Positions 15,633 to 26,056 are shown, counted from the stretch's first letter. The stretch: DNA of 30,837 nt from Candidatus Heimdallarchaeota archaeon (GCA_019057635.1 DXJL01000118.1:1-30837), one strand, 5' to 3'. The notes: generated from the letters alone by a model not told the origin. Translations and numbers: made by a program.

Positions 15633-17219
15633 ATGGAAACTGTCCTTGAAATGCAGAATGTATGCAAAACATTTTACGGGGATGGAGTTGAGATTCATGC
15701 GAATGACAATGTAAATTTTTCACTGAAACAAGGGGAAATTCATGCTCTTTTAGGCGAAAATGGTGCTGGGAAGTCAACTCTCGTAAATAATCTCTTTCGG
15801 AGACCTGACAGTGGAACCATTTTATTACGAGGTAAAGAAGTTGAGCTCAGTAATCCCATTGCAGCTCTTAGGCATGGGCTTGCTATTGCCCGTCAGGATC
15901 TTTCAAAAAGCCTGATAGAACGACACACAGTTGCTGAAAATATTCTGAGTATATCAGAAGGATTTTTCCTCTCCTTATCACGTATTGAACGAGAAATAAC
16001 GAGTGCTCTGAATAAATATGAGTTGGGAGACATTGATCCTAAAACTAAAATCTGGAAACTATCGGGAGGAGAAAAACAAAGAGTAGAAATCTTAAAGGCG
16101 CTTATTACGGATCCAGAAATAATAATTCTTGATGAACCAACGTCTATGCTCACACCTCCTGAAATTGTTAATCTTTTCCGTCTTCTTAATTCCCTACGCT
16201 CTCAAGGAAAAAGTATCATTATTATCACTCACCACCTTGAAGAGGCAATTAATTACTGTGATCGCATTACTGTGATGAGACATGGAGAAGTTGTGGCTAC
16301 TCTCGAAACTGAAAAAGAAAAAAACGCCTGGGCTTCCGAAGAGGAGGGAATCCGGCATTTAGCCACCTTAATGGTTGGTAAAGAAGTATTATATGAATTA
16401 GCTCGTAAGAAAATGGAACCTGGAAAGTTAACGGCGGAAATCCAGGGACTTTTTGCTACGAATGATATGGGAGATACTGTTGTAAACGGAGTGAGTCTTC
16501 AATTAAAGGAAAATCAAATATTAGGGATTGCAGGAATATCAGGTAATGGTCAACAAGAATTAGTTGAGGCGATGCTACATTGGCGCAAAGTTGATTCTGG
16601 AAAAGTACTTATTCATGGAAAAAAAATTGATGATGTGTCCATTGTCCAAGATATTACAGGTAAATCAATAAGAGAAATTAGAGATTTAGGAATTGCGTAT
16701 ATTCCAGAAGATCGTCGAAAAGCTCTTATTCTGGATTTATCGATACGAGAAAATCTTATCCTTAATTCTTACCGAAAATCAGGTGGTTTATTCATAGATC
16801 AGAAATCTATCGTGAATGTAACAGAAGAATTGATATCCATTTTCAAAATTAAAACTCCTAGTGCCCTTTCATCCGTTCGGAGTTTATCTGGGGGTAATAG
16901 ACAGAAAGTAGTAGTGGCACGCGAAACAACACTCGCTCCTCCAGAAGGACGAAAATTGATTTTAATAGCAGAAAATCCGACTTTCGGACTTGACGTTGGT
17001 ACGACCCAATTCGTTCGAGAAGAACTATTACGGCTAAGGGAAGAAGGGGCTGCTATTATGTTGATTTCTAGTGATTTAACAGAGGTTTTAGCTCTCAGTG
17101 ATCGGATAGCTGTTATGTATAAGGGGAAAATTATGGGTATTTTGAATTCACAGGAAGCTACAAGAGAGAAAGTAGGTTTAATGATGGGAGGATCTACGCT
17201 TCAGGAGGCCATTGAATGA
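15633..17219 (+). CDS. Nucleoside ABC transporter ATPase (fused double NBD, NupA/YufO-like)
   Basis: GENGAGKST, LSGGEKQRVEI, ILDEPT, GISGNGQ, YIPEDR, LSGGNRQK, SSDLTEV. Confidence 0.93.
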   Translation: METVLEMQNVCKTFYGDGVEIHANDNVNFSLKQGEIHALLGENGAGKSTLVNNLFRRPDSGTILLRGKEVELSNPIAALRHGLAIARQDLSKSLIERHTVAENILSISEGFFLSLSRIEREITSALNKYELGDIDPKTKIWKLSGGEKQRVEILKALITDPEIIILDEPTSMLTPPEIVNLFRLLNSLRSQGKSIIIITHHLEEAINYCDRITVMRHGEVVATLETEKEKNAWASEEEGIRHLATLMVGKEVLYELARKKMEPGKLTAEIQGLFATNDMGDTVVNGVSLQLKENQILGIAGISGNGQQELVEAMLHWRKVDSGKVLIHGKKIDDVSIVQDITGKSIREIRDLGIAYIPEDRRKALILDLSIRENLILNSYRKSGGLFIDQKSIVNVTEELISIFKIKTPSALSSVRSLSGGNRQKVVVARETTLAPPEGRKLILIAENPTFGLDVGTTQFVREELLRLREEGAAIMLISSDLTEVLALSDRIAVMYKGKIMGILNSQEATREKVGLMMGGSTLQEAIE

Positions 17220-18352
17220 AAATTGCAAATTATGAACTAATATTTCAAAAAAGAACTTTCTCAATTACTGGATTCCGCGCTATTGCTTATAGGATACTTT
17301 TCGTCATATTTGGGTTAATGACTGTTGGGTTCATATTTTTATTAAATGGAATAAACCCTCTGGATCTATTCTTCTTATCAAATCGATCTATGCTCCGTAT
17401 TATCTTGATATTACTCCCTCATACATTTGTTTCATTCATACCGCTTCTTTGTATTGCCATAGGGCTAGCCATCCCTTTTAAAGCACGAATAGACAACATT
17501 GGAGCGGAAGGACAATTTATTATGGGAATGCTAGCAGCAACATGGACTGCAATGGAATTTCCCGATCTTCCATCAATTGTCCTTATACCCCTAATGTTTC
17601 TTAACGGATTCATTCTTGGAGCTATTTGGGCTCTTCCAGTTGTTTTTTTCAGAGCAAAAGGAGGATTCCAAGGCGCAGATGTAGTTGTTTCTTTTCTAAT
17701 GGTTTTTCCAGCTCTTTATTTAATGCAGTACCTTGTTAGTGGTCCTTGGCGAGATCCAGCGACTGGTTTTGCTTTTTCCAAAATCTTACCCGAATCTGCA
17801 CAAATTCCAGGAATACCAATTGAAATCTATGTACCTTTTCTAGATGCCACATGGAATTTCGATCCTGTGCACATATCTATATTTTTGGTTCTGATAATTG
17901 CACTCGTAACGTACTACTACTTATTCCGTACTGAAGAGGGAATCCCAAAAACGAAGATTGGTTATGAAATCAACGTCACAGGCAAAAATCCTTTAGCTGG
18001 ACGGATGGCAGGTATAAGCTTTTTCAAGGTCATTTTGATCAGTATGATAATTTCAGGAGGTCTCGCTGGAATAGCAGGAGTTGCTGAAATTGCAGGTAAT
18101 AAATTAAGGCTTACTGTTAATTCGGCAGGTTATGGTTTTACAGCAATTGTTGTTGCGTATCTGGGTGGCCTAAATCCGATAGGGATAATTTTTAGTGCAT
18201 TATTTTTTGCCGCATTGATTTCTGGTGGGACAGCAATCAACTTAACAGGTCTACCCGTATCTGCACTAGATATGTTCAGTGGTATCATTTTGTTTTATGT
18301 CCTACTATCAGAATTTTTCTTTCGCTATACAATCAAATGGAGGCGTTCTTAA
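17216..18352 (+). CDS. Nucleoside ABC transporter permease (NupB/YufP-like)
   Basis: NIGAEGQ, GYEI..TG.NP..GRMAGI, SGGLAGIAG, GYGFTAIVVA.LG.LNP; ATGA overlap with the ATPase. Confidence 0.92.
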   Translation: MKIANYELIFQKRTFSITGFRAIAYRILFVIFGLMTVGFIFLLNGINPLDLFFLSNRSMLRIILILLPHTFVSFIPLLCIAIGLAIPFKARIDNIGAEGQFIMGMLAATWTAMEFPDLPSIVLIPLMFLNGFILGAIWALPVVFFRAKGGFQGADVVVSFLMVFPALYLMQYLVSGPWRDPATGFAFSKILPESAQIPGIPIEIYVPFLDATWNFDPVHISIFLVLIIALVTYYYLFRTEEGIPKTKIGYEINVTGKNPLAGRMAGISFFKVILISMIISGGLAGIAGVAEIAGNKLRLTVNSAGYGFTAIVVAYLGGLNPIGIIFSALFFAALISGGTAINLTGLPVSALDMFSGIILFYVLLSEFFFRYTIKWRRS

Positions 18353-19303
18353 ATGGTAGAACTTCTGAATCCAATACTGTGGCACTCAATAGTTGCAGCT
18401 GCTACCTTTTTTGTTCTTCCAACTCTTGGTGAGATTTATGCTGAGCGTTCTGGTATATTAAATTTAGGTATTGAAGGAATGGTAATTGCTGGAGCCGCGG
18501 GATCGTACGCAATTGCGTACCAGACTCAGGATATTTTATTGGGAGTTCTATTTGGAATGTTTATAGGCGGCCTACTCGCCACGATCCATGCAATTCTAAC
18601 GATAACCTTCAACAGGAATCAAGTGGTGTCTGGAATAGGCTTGACTATCTTAGGAACAGGACTTAGCGGGTTGTTAGGGGATGCAGTTATTGGAAAAGCC
18701 TTAAAAGGCATTGATTCTACTCCTATTCCAATTTTAAACGATATTCCAACGATAGGTGAGGTATTTTTTGATCAAAATATTTTTGTATATCTTAGCTTTA
18801 TTTTAGCACCAATCTTGTGGTTTATTCTGTATAAAACTCGAATTGGTATCCTGATCAGGTCAGTTGGAGAAAATCCTTCTGCTTCAATGAATCAAGGTGT
18901 AAATGTGAGACTGATCCGATATCTATGTGTTATCTTTGGAGGAATGATGGCTGGACTTGGAGGGGCATATCTTTCACTTGGGTGGTTAAATTTCTGGACT
19001 GATGGAATGACACAAGGAAGAGGATGGATAGTCATTGCTCTAGTAGTAGTTGCATTATGGAATCCCTTAGGAGCATTCATTGGATCCTATCTTTTTGGAA
19101 TGTTTGATGTCTTACAATTTTCTTTCCAACACGAGGCAATACCGTTCATCTTTCCTACTGGAATCCCCCCATCTGTATTAAAGATGATGCCTCCTGTTTC
19201 CACAATCTTATTCTTAGCAATATGGGGAATTATTTTATCACAACAGAAAGTAAAGAGTATTGTTGGCGCACCTTCAGCGTTAGCAAAACCTTTTGAAGAT
19301 TAA
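18353..19303 (+). CDS. Nucleoside ABC transporter permease (NupC/YufQ-like)
   Basis: GEIYAERSGILNLGIEG, NQVVSG, RSVGENP, GRGWIVIA.V...WNP, APSALAKPF. Confidence 0.92.
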   Translation: MVELLNPILWHSIVAAATFFVLPTLGEIYAERSGILNLGIEGMVIAGAAGSYAIAYQTQDILLGVLFGMFIGGLLATIHAILTITFNRNQVVSGIGLTILGTGLSGLLGDAVIGKALKGIDSTPIPILNDIPTIGEVFFDQNIFVYLSFILAPILWFILYKTRIGILIRSVGENPSASMNQGVNVRLIRYLCVIFGGMMAGLGGAYLSLGWLNFWTDGMTQGRGWIVIALVVVALWNPLGAFIGSYLFGMFDVLQFSFQHEAIPFIFPTGIPPSVLKMMPPVSTILFLAIWGIILSQQKVKSIVGAPSALAKPFED

Positions 19304-19338
19304 CCGTCACCTGTACAATCAGAAAATGAGGATAGAAC

Positions 19339-20229
19339 ATGAACCAAACAGAACCCAAAATTTCTCGTTTCTATACTCTCCAGGGATTAATAATTCTAGG
19401 CAGACCTGTTGATGGGATTATTATTGGAGGTACAGCTATTCTTGGTATGATTGTTGGATTACGTTCAATGCCTTCTTTCACTCAAATTTCCCTTGGATTA
19501 TTATGTGGTATCTTATTACTTGCAGGAATGGACACTTTTAACGATTATTTGGATATTGAGATGGATAAAGTTTCCAAATCATGGCGGCCTTTACCACAGG
19601 GGACAGTTAGCCGTCAATTAGCTTTACTAGCAGCCATAATGGAAACTATAATAGCATTAATCATCGGATATTTCCTCTTTAACTACCAAGCAATTCTTGT
19701 TGGCTTAATTGCTATTACTTTGGCAGTAGTATATTCGAAATGGTTAAAACCTATATTTTTAGCAAAAAATATCATTGTAGCATTTAGCTTATCACTAGCA
19801 TTCCTAGGTGGTGCCCTTTCTGTTAATTCGGCACCTCAGATTGATATAACGTTTCTCTTACTACAATTACTAACATTTGTGGCAGCTTTCATATTTGAGA
19901 TTCATAAGGATCTTGGTGATTTACGTGGAGATTCCTTTCATAAGGTTCAAACTCTCCCTACTAAACTTGGACCAATAAAAACAGTGAAACTGATTATCTT
20001 GGGTTACGTAATATCATGGTTAATTGCTGTGTCATTTGTCTTTATTCTGAATATTGATCCCTTCTATGTCCTAATTCTTGTATCTTCATTTATTCTACTC
20101 AGTTTTGTATTCTATCTACTACTTAAGGATCCCTTAAGCAATATTGAATCTACTAGACGAATCACAACATTAGTTATGGGATTTATTCTTCTCGGTCTAG
20201 CTAGATTAACCCTTTTAAATTTTAGCTGA
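19339..20229 (+). CDS. UbiA-family prenyltransferase, digeranylgeranylglyceryl-phosphate (DGGGP) synthase-like
   Basis: GRP, FNDYLDIEMDKVSKSWRPLPQG, YSKWLK...KN, EIHKDLGDLRGD....QTLP. Confidence 0.85.
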   Translation: MNQTEPKISRFYTLQGLIILGRPVDGIIIGGTAILGMIVGLRSMPSFTQISLGLLCGILLLAGMDTFNDYLDIEMDKVSKSWRPLPQGTVSRQLALLAAIMETIIALIIGYFLFNYQAILVGLIAITLAVVYSKWLKPIFLAKNIIVAFSLSLAFLGGALSVNSAPQIDITFLLLQLLTFVAAFIFEIHKDLGDLRGDSFHKVQTLPTKLGPIKTVKLIILGYVISWLIAVSFVFILNIDPFYVLILVSSFILLSFVFYLLLKDPLSNIESTRRITTLVMGFILLGLARLTLLNFS

Positions 20230-21693
20230 TTTCCCTTCTCTTAATTCGGCAATTTTTTCATTTATCGCTCTTCCTGCAATCAATCCTGAAATACTCGCTT
20301 GAACTAAAGATCTAGTGACCCCCGCTCCATCTCCTACCGCATATAATCCTTTAATTTTTGTTTCAAGATCATTAGATACCTTTATTTTACTCGAATAGTA
20401 TTTTGTTTCAACCCCATAAAGCAGAGTATTAGATGAATTAACTCCAGGCATAATATGGTCAAGTGCTTCTATCATTTCAAGAATACTACATAAATGTCTG
20501 TAAGGAAGTACAAAAGATAAATCTCCAGGAATAGCGTCTTTTAATGTTGGTTCAATGGCTGATCTCTTGATACGCTCGAAATTTGAACGTCTTCCCCTCT
20601 TTAGGTCAGCGAGTCGTTGTATGATAACATTTCCCTTTGTTAACAAGTTCGCTAATTTGCTTATAGATCGGCCATAAGCTAGGGGGTCATCAAATGGTTC
20701 AGTAAAGCGACTACTAACCAATAACGCGAAATTCGTGTTTCTTGTTTCTTTTTCTTGACTTGAATATGAGTGGCCATTAACAGTGATCCATTTTTCTCGA
20801 GTTTCAGGATCATAAACAACTTCTTTAGTTACTATTCCCTTTGGACAAACACAAAAAGTTCTGCATTCTTGTTCAAAGGTAGGAGAATAATATTTCGCTT
20901 TGAATTCATATAAGAGGTCTGTGAGATGGGAACTAATCTCTGCAGGCAATTCTAATCTCACTCCAATATCAACAGGATTATTTTCTAAAGACAAACCAAG
21001 TCTCAATGATTCTTTTCTAGCCCATGCGGCTCCAGAGCGACCTGTAGCAATTATTACAAATTTTCCATTGTAAATTCCTTTATTTGTCTTTACTCCAATT
21101 ACTTGAATATTATCAACGAGGACGTCTTTTGCTGTTTCATTGAAATTCACTGTTACTTTTAAAGAGGCTCTAAGATGATCGTACATGGCCAGCAAGACTT
21201 GAGAACATTTATCTGTACCAATATGCAACAGGCGATAAGGAATAAGAGTAATCCCATACTTTAATGCTGTTTTTCGTGCTTCATCTACTGGTTTTCCTTC
21301 ACCGGTAACTAAGCGCTCTCTAGAAGCCCCAAAATTAATATAAATCTCTTCAACCTCCCTAATATATTCTTCAAGTTTATTAAGGGAAGTATAGTTTGAC
21401 AAATGTCCTCCTATGTCAGCAGTAAGAGTCAGTTTTCCATCTGAAAAAGCTCCAGCGCCTCCCCAACCTTGCATCACATCACCCTTTTGAATATGACGAT
21501 TTTCTACTCGATTGGCTAAATCACTTCCACTTTCAATCATCAAAATGTTTAAATTATCCTTGGAGAATTTTATCAATTCTAATGCTGTAAAAATTCCTGC
21601 TGGTCCAGTACCAATTATGATGACGTCATAGTATTTCGAATTATCTGATTTAGAGTTCATTGGAATATGAGCCTGTCCATTTTGGGCATTCAT
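20215..21693 (-). CDS. FAD-dependent oxidoreductase (COG2509-like)
   Basis: DVIIIGTGPAG, GWGGAGAFSDGKL, HIGTD, VDIGVRLE, RTFCVCP.G, VNGHS, TNFALLV, YGVETKYYS, GDGAGVTRSL. Confidence 0.9.
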   Translation of the reverse strand: MNAQNGQAHIPMNSKSDNSKYYDVIIIGTGPAGIFTALELIKFSKDNLNILMIESGSDLANRVENRHIQKGDVMQGWGGAGAFSDGKLTLTADIGGHLSNYTSLNKLEEYIREVEEIYINFGASRERLVTGEGKPVDEARKTALKYGITLIPYRLLHIGTDKCSQVLLAMYDHLRASLKVTVNFNETAKDVLVDNIQVIGVKTNKGIYNGKFVIIATGRSGAAWARKESLRLGLSLENNPVDIGVRLELPAEISSHLTDLLYEFKAKYYSPTFEQECRTFCVCPKGIVTKEVVYDPETREKWITVNGHSYSSQEKETRNTNFALLVSSRFTEPFDDPLAYGRSISKLANLLTKGNVIIQRLADLKRGRRSNFERIKRSAIEPTLKDAIPGDLSFVLPYRHLCSILEMIEALDHIMPGVNSSNTLLYGVETKYYSSKIKVSNDLETKIKGLYAVGDGAGVTRSLVQASISGLIAGRAINEKIAELREGKSAKI

Positions 21694-23132
21694 TCATCAG
21701 TAATTCCAGCTAAGTATTTGGCAATTGCTTTTCTAGAATCTATATCATATTGTTTGAGAATAGCTATATCTTCCATCACAGGTGAGCCCCCTCCATGAAC
21801 TCCTGCCACAGATATTACTCCTCCTATAGACGAACAAAGTACATCAGAAAGAGTTCTGTAAAGCTTGTACACATTTTCAGCTGGAATGTCTGCTTTTCGT
21901 TTGATATATTTCTGAAGTAGAGGGCCAATTTTTTCTTCATCAAAGAAATCTCTCTCAAATGGTAGGGTTGCAGGTAGTCCTCCTGATAAATCTGCTAGTG
22001 TTTCCAGTTCATGATAATAATTTTTTCCTGCATGTTTTCTTCCCACATTACAGAACATAGGATCAGGAATCATGGTTCCACATTCATCTTTAGTTGCTTT
22101 GTATGCAGCTGCAATTCCACTTGCATATACAAGTTCAGCGACACTAATCAAATCTGCTAGCTTTGATTGTACATGCTTCTTATCTTCTATGCCATTATAT
22201 TCACTAACTAGTGCAGAGTACCCCAAGAGGATATCTGTAGATGATGGTTTACATCCTGTATAGCTATGACGATGATATAATGCGAACAAAAGAGCAAGCC
22301 ATCCTCCAAACTGATGTTCTCCTTCATAACCACCTAAAAAAACTCGTTCATTGGGAACAAAGACGTCATCAAATATAACTGTATTCTCGACATCGCCAAA
22401 CGTTCCTGCGGGACACGGAACATTTTCTCGTTGTTTCATATTTGAAGCACGAGTAACAAGATACACACCATCCCAATCCCCCGGTACTGCAAATGATACA
22501 GCATATTCATCTTCTTCTGGAGTTAAAAAACGAGTAGGGGTAACAATGATTTCTTCAGCAACAGCTGCAGCAGTAATATGATGTTTGGCACCTCTTACAA
22601 CAATTCCATCTTCTCTATGCTCAATTACACGTAAATATAAATCAGGATCTGCTTGCTGATGGGGTCTTAATGAACGATCCCCTTTTGGATCTGTTTGTGC
22701 ACAACAACCTACAGTATCATTTGTTTGCCATTCTTTTAAATATTTCAGGAATCTTTGGTGATAGGGGCGTTCTGTCATCGATTCAGCTCTTGCTGTAATT
22801 ATTGATAATGCGTTCATCGCATCTACTCCCATACATCTAAAGATACACCCTCCTGTATAATGACAAATTTGACGGGTCATATCCTGTTTCTTTAATAGGT
22901 CTTCCACCGATTGGTGGATATGAGTGAACCTATTTATAGTATCACCAGTGATATGGGACGTTGCAGTGATTAGATCTTTAAATTCTGGGTCATTAACACT
23001 TTCGAAGGTTCGACTGATAGTGGTCATAGAGCCTGCAAGTCTTGAATCATCTCTCCCGACTTGCTCTCCATTAATATAGATATTCGGTTTCATTTTGTAT
23101 AAATGCTCTTTATACTCTTCGGAGGTTTTCAT
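21690..23132 (-). CDS. abfD: 4-hydroxybutyryl-CoA dehydratase/vinylacetyl-CoA isomerase family
   Basis: GGCIFRCMG.DA (CxxxC) and YHRHSYTGCK (His/Cys) [4Fe-4S] ligands; QTDPKGDR, QADPDLY, GAKHHIT, HGGGSP. Confidence 0.85.
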   Translation of the reverse strand: MKTSEEYKEHLYKMKPNIYINGEQVGRDDSRLAGSMTTISRTFESVNDPEFKDLITATSHITGDTINRFTHIHQSVEDLLKKQDMTRQICHYTGGCIFRCMGVDAMNALSIITARAESMTERPYHQRFLKYLKEWQTNDTVGCCAQTDPKGDRSLRPHQQADPDLYLRVIEHREDGIVVRGAKHHITAAAVAEEIIVTPTRFLTPEEDEYAVSFAVPGDWDGVYLVTRASNMKQRENVPCPAGTFGDVENTVIFDDVFVPNERVFLGGYEGEHQFGGWLALLFALYHRHSYTGCKPSSTDILLGYSALVSEYNGIEDKKHVQSKLADLISVAELVYASGIAAAYKATKDECGTMIPDPMFCNVGRKHAGKNYYHELETLADLSGGLPATLPFERDFFDEEKIGPLLQKYIKRKADIPAENVYKLYRTLSDVLCSSIGGVISVAGVHGGGSPVMEDIAILKQYDIDSRKAIAKYLAGITDE

Positions 23133-23313
23133 TTACTTCACATACCGATTTATTACCTTTCTTTTTATTTAGAAATAATTTGTTTTTTAAATCTTCAGGA
23201 GTGGAATTATTGATATTATAATAGTTCATGAGTTTGACTAAGAGAAACCAACCAAATATCTCTTAATATACGTAAAAATAACTAAACTTGTGAAGTACAA
23301 TAGGTGAATATTA

Positions 23314-23661
23314 TTGCAAACAATTACTCTAATTCTGAATGATGCTCCTTATGGATCAGAAAGGTCATATAATGGACTGAGAACGGCGATAGCATTACAA
23401 AAAGAAAATACTCAAGTTAATGTATTCCTAATTGCCGATTCTGCTTACTGTGCACTAAAAGATCAAACGACTCCCGAAGGTTATTATAATATTGGACGTA
23501 TGATCAAAGGTGTAACTAGGAGGGGGAAAATTGGAGCATGTGGGGCATGTATGGATGCTAGAGGTCTTGCCAATCTTCAATTATTGGATGGTGTGCATAG
23601 AAGCACAATGGCAGAATTAGCTGAATGGATACTCAAAAGTGATAAAGTTATTACTTTTTAG
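23314..23661 (+). CDS. DsrE/YchN-family sulfur-relay protein
   Basis: APYGSERSYNGLR.A, VFLIADS, CGACMDARG, STMAELAEW...DKVITF; TTG start after AGGTGA SD. Confidence 0.9.
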   Translation: MQTITLILNDAPYGSERSYNGLRTAIALQKENTQVNVFLIADSAYCALKDQTTPEGYYNIGRMIKGVTRRGKIGACGACMDARGLANLQLLDGVHRSTMAELAEWILKSDKVITF

Positions 23662-23683
23662 AAGGTCTAGGAACTGTTAAAGA

Positions 23684-26056
23684 CTAAGTGCTCATATGTT
23701 CTGTTCGATTGATAATTTCATTTTGTAATTCGATACCAAGATTGATGAAAAGATCACTATAACCAGCTACTCTGACAATTAAATTCCGATACTTATCAGG
23801 GTGCTGTTGTGCATCGCGTAATGTTTCTACTGAGACTACATTAAATTGTATATGATGACCATCCATTTTAAAATATGAACGTACAAGATGGGCGACTTTT
23901 TCAAGTGATTTTTCGTCATCAAGGAATTTTGGAGAGAATTTCTGATTAAGCAGTGTGCCACCAGTCCTTTCATGATCAATTTTAGCAACGGATTTTATAA
24001 CAGCTGTAGGCCCCTTAACATCTGCGCCCTGTACTGGTGAGACCCCTTCAGATAGAGGTTCATGGGCCTTACGCCCATCAGGCATTGCACCTATCATACG
24101 ACCAAAATAAATATGAACGGTGGTCGGAAGAAGGTTAACCCGATGTTCGCCTCCTTTAGTATTTGGTCTACCATCGATCGCATTCCAGTAAATTTCAAAC
24201 ACCTGTTTCATTAAATCGTCGGCATAATCCTCATCATTCCCATATTTGGGAGTTCTATTTAGTAACATCTCTCGTAGCGATTTAGAGTCTTTGAAGTTAT
24301 TTTTTAAGGCATTTAATAGTTCTTGCATTGTTACATTCTTATTATCATAAATATTAAATTTAATCGCCGTAAGAGAATCAGTTATTGAACCTAAACCAAC
24401 CCCTTGAATATAAGAACTATTGTAGCGAGCTCCTCCATTATTATAGTCTTTCCCATTCTGGATACAGTCTTTGGTGAGGAGAGACATAAACGGTGCTGGT
24501 AAGGTTTGTGCCCATAATCTTTCAATAATGTTATTACCTTTGATTTTGATATCGATGAAATAATTCATCTGTTTGGTGAAAGCTACTAAAAACTCCTCAA
24601 AGGTTGTAAACTCTACTGGATTTCCTGTATGTAAACCAAGCAGTTTTCCAGTATTGGGATCGATACCATTATTTAGAGTTATTTCTAATACTTTTGGAAT
24701 ATTAAAATAGCCTGTTAATATGTAGGCTTCCTTTCCAAATGCCCCAGCTTCAACACACCCTGAGGCACCTCCAGCACGGGCATCTATGATGGATTTACCT
24801 TGGCGAGTTAATTCCTGAATTATTGTATCAGTATTAAATACCGACGGTTGTCCATATCCAGTCTTGATGATATCTAATGCACGTTTCAAAAATCTATCAG
24901 GGGACTTCCTACTAATCTGAACCATCGAACTGGGTTGTAGCAATCGCATCTCTTCGATAACATCTAGTAAAATATAAGATAGTTCGTTAACTGCATTTGA
25001 ACCATCTTCTTTCACTCCTCCAATATTAATCAGGCAAAAGTCAGTGTAAGTATTACTTTCCTCAGCGGTCACTCCCACCTTGGGAGGAGCAGGTTGATTA
25101 TTAAATTTGATCCAAAAAGCTTGAAGCAATTCCTTAGCTGAATCTTCAGTATGCGTCTTATTGGAGATATCTTGTTGATATAATGAATATAAATTTTGAT
25201 CTAGTCTCCCAGGATTATACGAATCCCAAGTGTTCAATTCAATAATTACCCCAAGATGAATGAACCAATAATGTTGAAGTGCTTCCCATATATTCCGTGG
25301 TGCATTAGCTGGAACATGTTTGCAAATATTAGCTATCGATTCTAGTTCCTTTTTCCTCTTTAGGTTAGTTTCCTTTTTAGCTAATTCCAAAGCTTTCTTT
25401 GAATAACGTCCTGCAAACAGAATGAGCGCTTCAGCTGCAATTTCCATTGCCTGTAGCTCTTCCTTCTTATTTAGCGCGTCTGGATCGTTGAAAAAATCGA
25501 GACTGTGAATGCTTTCTGCAATTTTCTTTTGAAAATCAAGTATTCCATTAGTCCATAAATGAGCTCCACCTACTGTATGCCCAGGAGCTCTTTGTTCCAT
25601 AAACTCTGTGAACAATCCTGCATTGTACGATTCAATCCATTCAGGATCTACTGCAGTGAAAATTTTGTCTCTTATAGATCTTCCTTTCCAAAACGGAGTA
25701 ATTACATTCGATTGAAGCTCTTTTACTTCATCATTGACTGAAAAACTAATTTTCTCACGTGAGTGTAGAATTTCAAAATCTTGGGCTGTATGAGTGCATA
25801 TTTCAGGATAGGTGGGTGTAGCAGTAGCTGCAGATCCTCGCTCTCCAATAATCAGCTCTCCCTCATTTATACAAATTTCTTTGTTTTCTAAAATGTATTT
25901 AAAAGCTTGAGCACGAGCAACTGGGATGGATACTTTATCTGCTGCTCCACTTTGGTAAAATTCAGTTAGTAATTTAGCTCTTTCAATTGACAATGAAGGT
26001 TGAGCATTCATACTTTGTTCTCGAAGACTTTTTATTCTATCTTTCACGTCATCCAC
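23684..26056 (-). CDS. hypD: Glycyl radical enzyme, trans-4-hydroxy-L-proline dehydratase
   Basis: EQRAPGHT, TWDSYNPGR, ESNTYTDF, SGCVE (single catalytic Cys), YILTGY, LPTT.H and RVAGYS glycyl loop match the HypD active-site set. Confidence 0.88.
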   Translation of the reverse strand: MDDVKDRIKSLREQSMNAQPSLSIERAKLLTEFYQSGAADKVSIPVARAQAFKYILENKEICINEGELIIGERGSAATATPTYPEICTHTAQDFEILHSREKISFSVNDEVKELQSNVITPFWKGRSIRDKIFTAVDPEWIESYNAGLFTEFMEQRAPGHTVGGAHLWTNGILDFQKKIAESIHSLDFFNDPDALNKKEELQAMEIAAEALILFAGRYSKKALELAKKETNLKRKKELESIANICKHVPANAPRNIWEALQHYWFIHLGVIIELNTWDSYNPGRLDQNLYSLYQQDISNKTHTEDSAKELLQAFWIKFNNQPAPPKVGVTAEESNTYTDFCLINIGGVKEDGSNAVNELSYILLDVIEEMRLLQPSSMVQISRKSPDRFLKRALDIIKTGYGQPSVFNTDTIIQELTRQGKSIIDARAGGASGCVEAGAFGKEAYILTGYFNIPKVLEITLNNGIDPNTGKLLGLHTGNPVEFTTFEEFLVAFTKQMNYFIDIKIKGNNIIERLWAQTLPAPFMSLLTKDCIQNGKDYNNGGARYNSSYIQGVGLGSITDSLTAIKFNIYDNKNVTMQELLNALKNNFKDSKSLREMLLNRTPKYGNDEDYADDLMKQVFEIYWNAIDGRPNTKGGEHRVNLLPTTVHIYFGRMIGAMPDGRKAHEPLSEGVSPVQGADVKGPTAVIKSVAKIDHERTGGTLLNQKFSPKFLDDEKSLEKVAHLVRSYFKMDGHHIQFNVVSVETLRDAQQHPDKYRNLIVRVAGYSDLFINLGIELQNEIINRTEHMST

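Noticed and set aside
21690-23132. 4-hydroxyphenylacetate 3-monooxygenase (HpaB)
   Set aside because: Retains the Cys/His [4Fe-4S] ligands typical of AbfD; anaerobic gene context
23684-26056. Pyruvate formate-lyase or choline TMA-lyase
   Set aside because: Single-Cys SGCVE motif (no CC pair) and HypD-type residues
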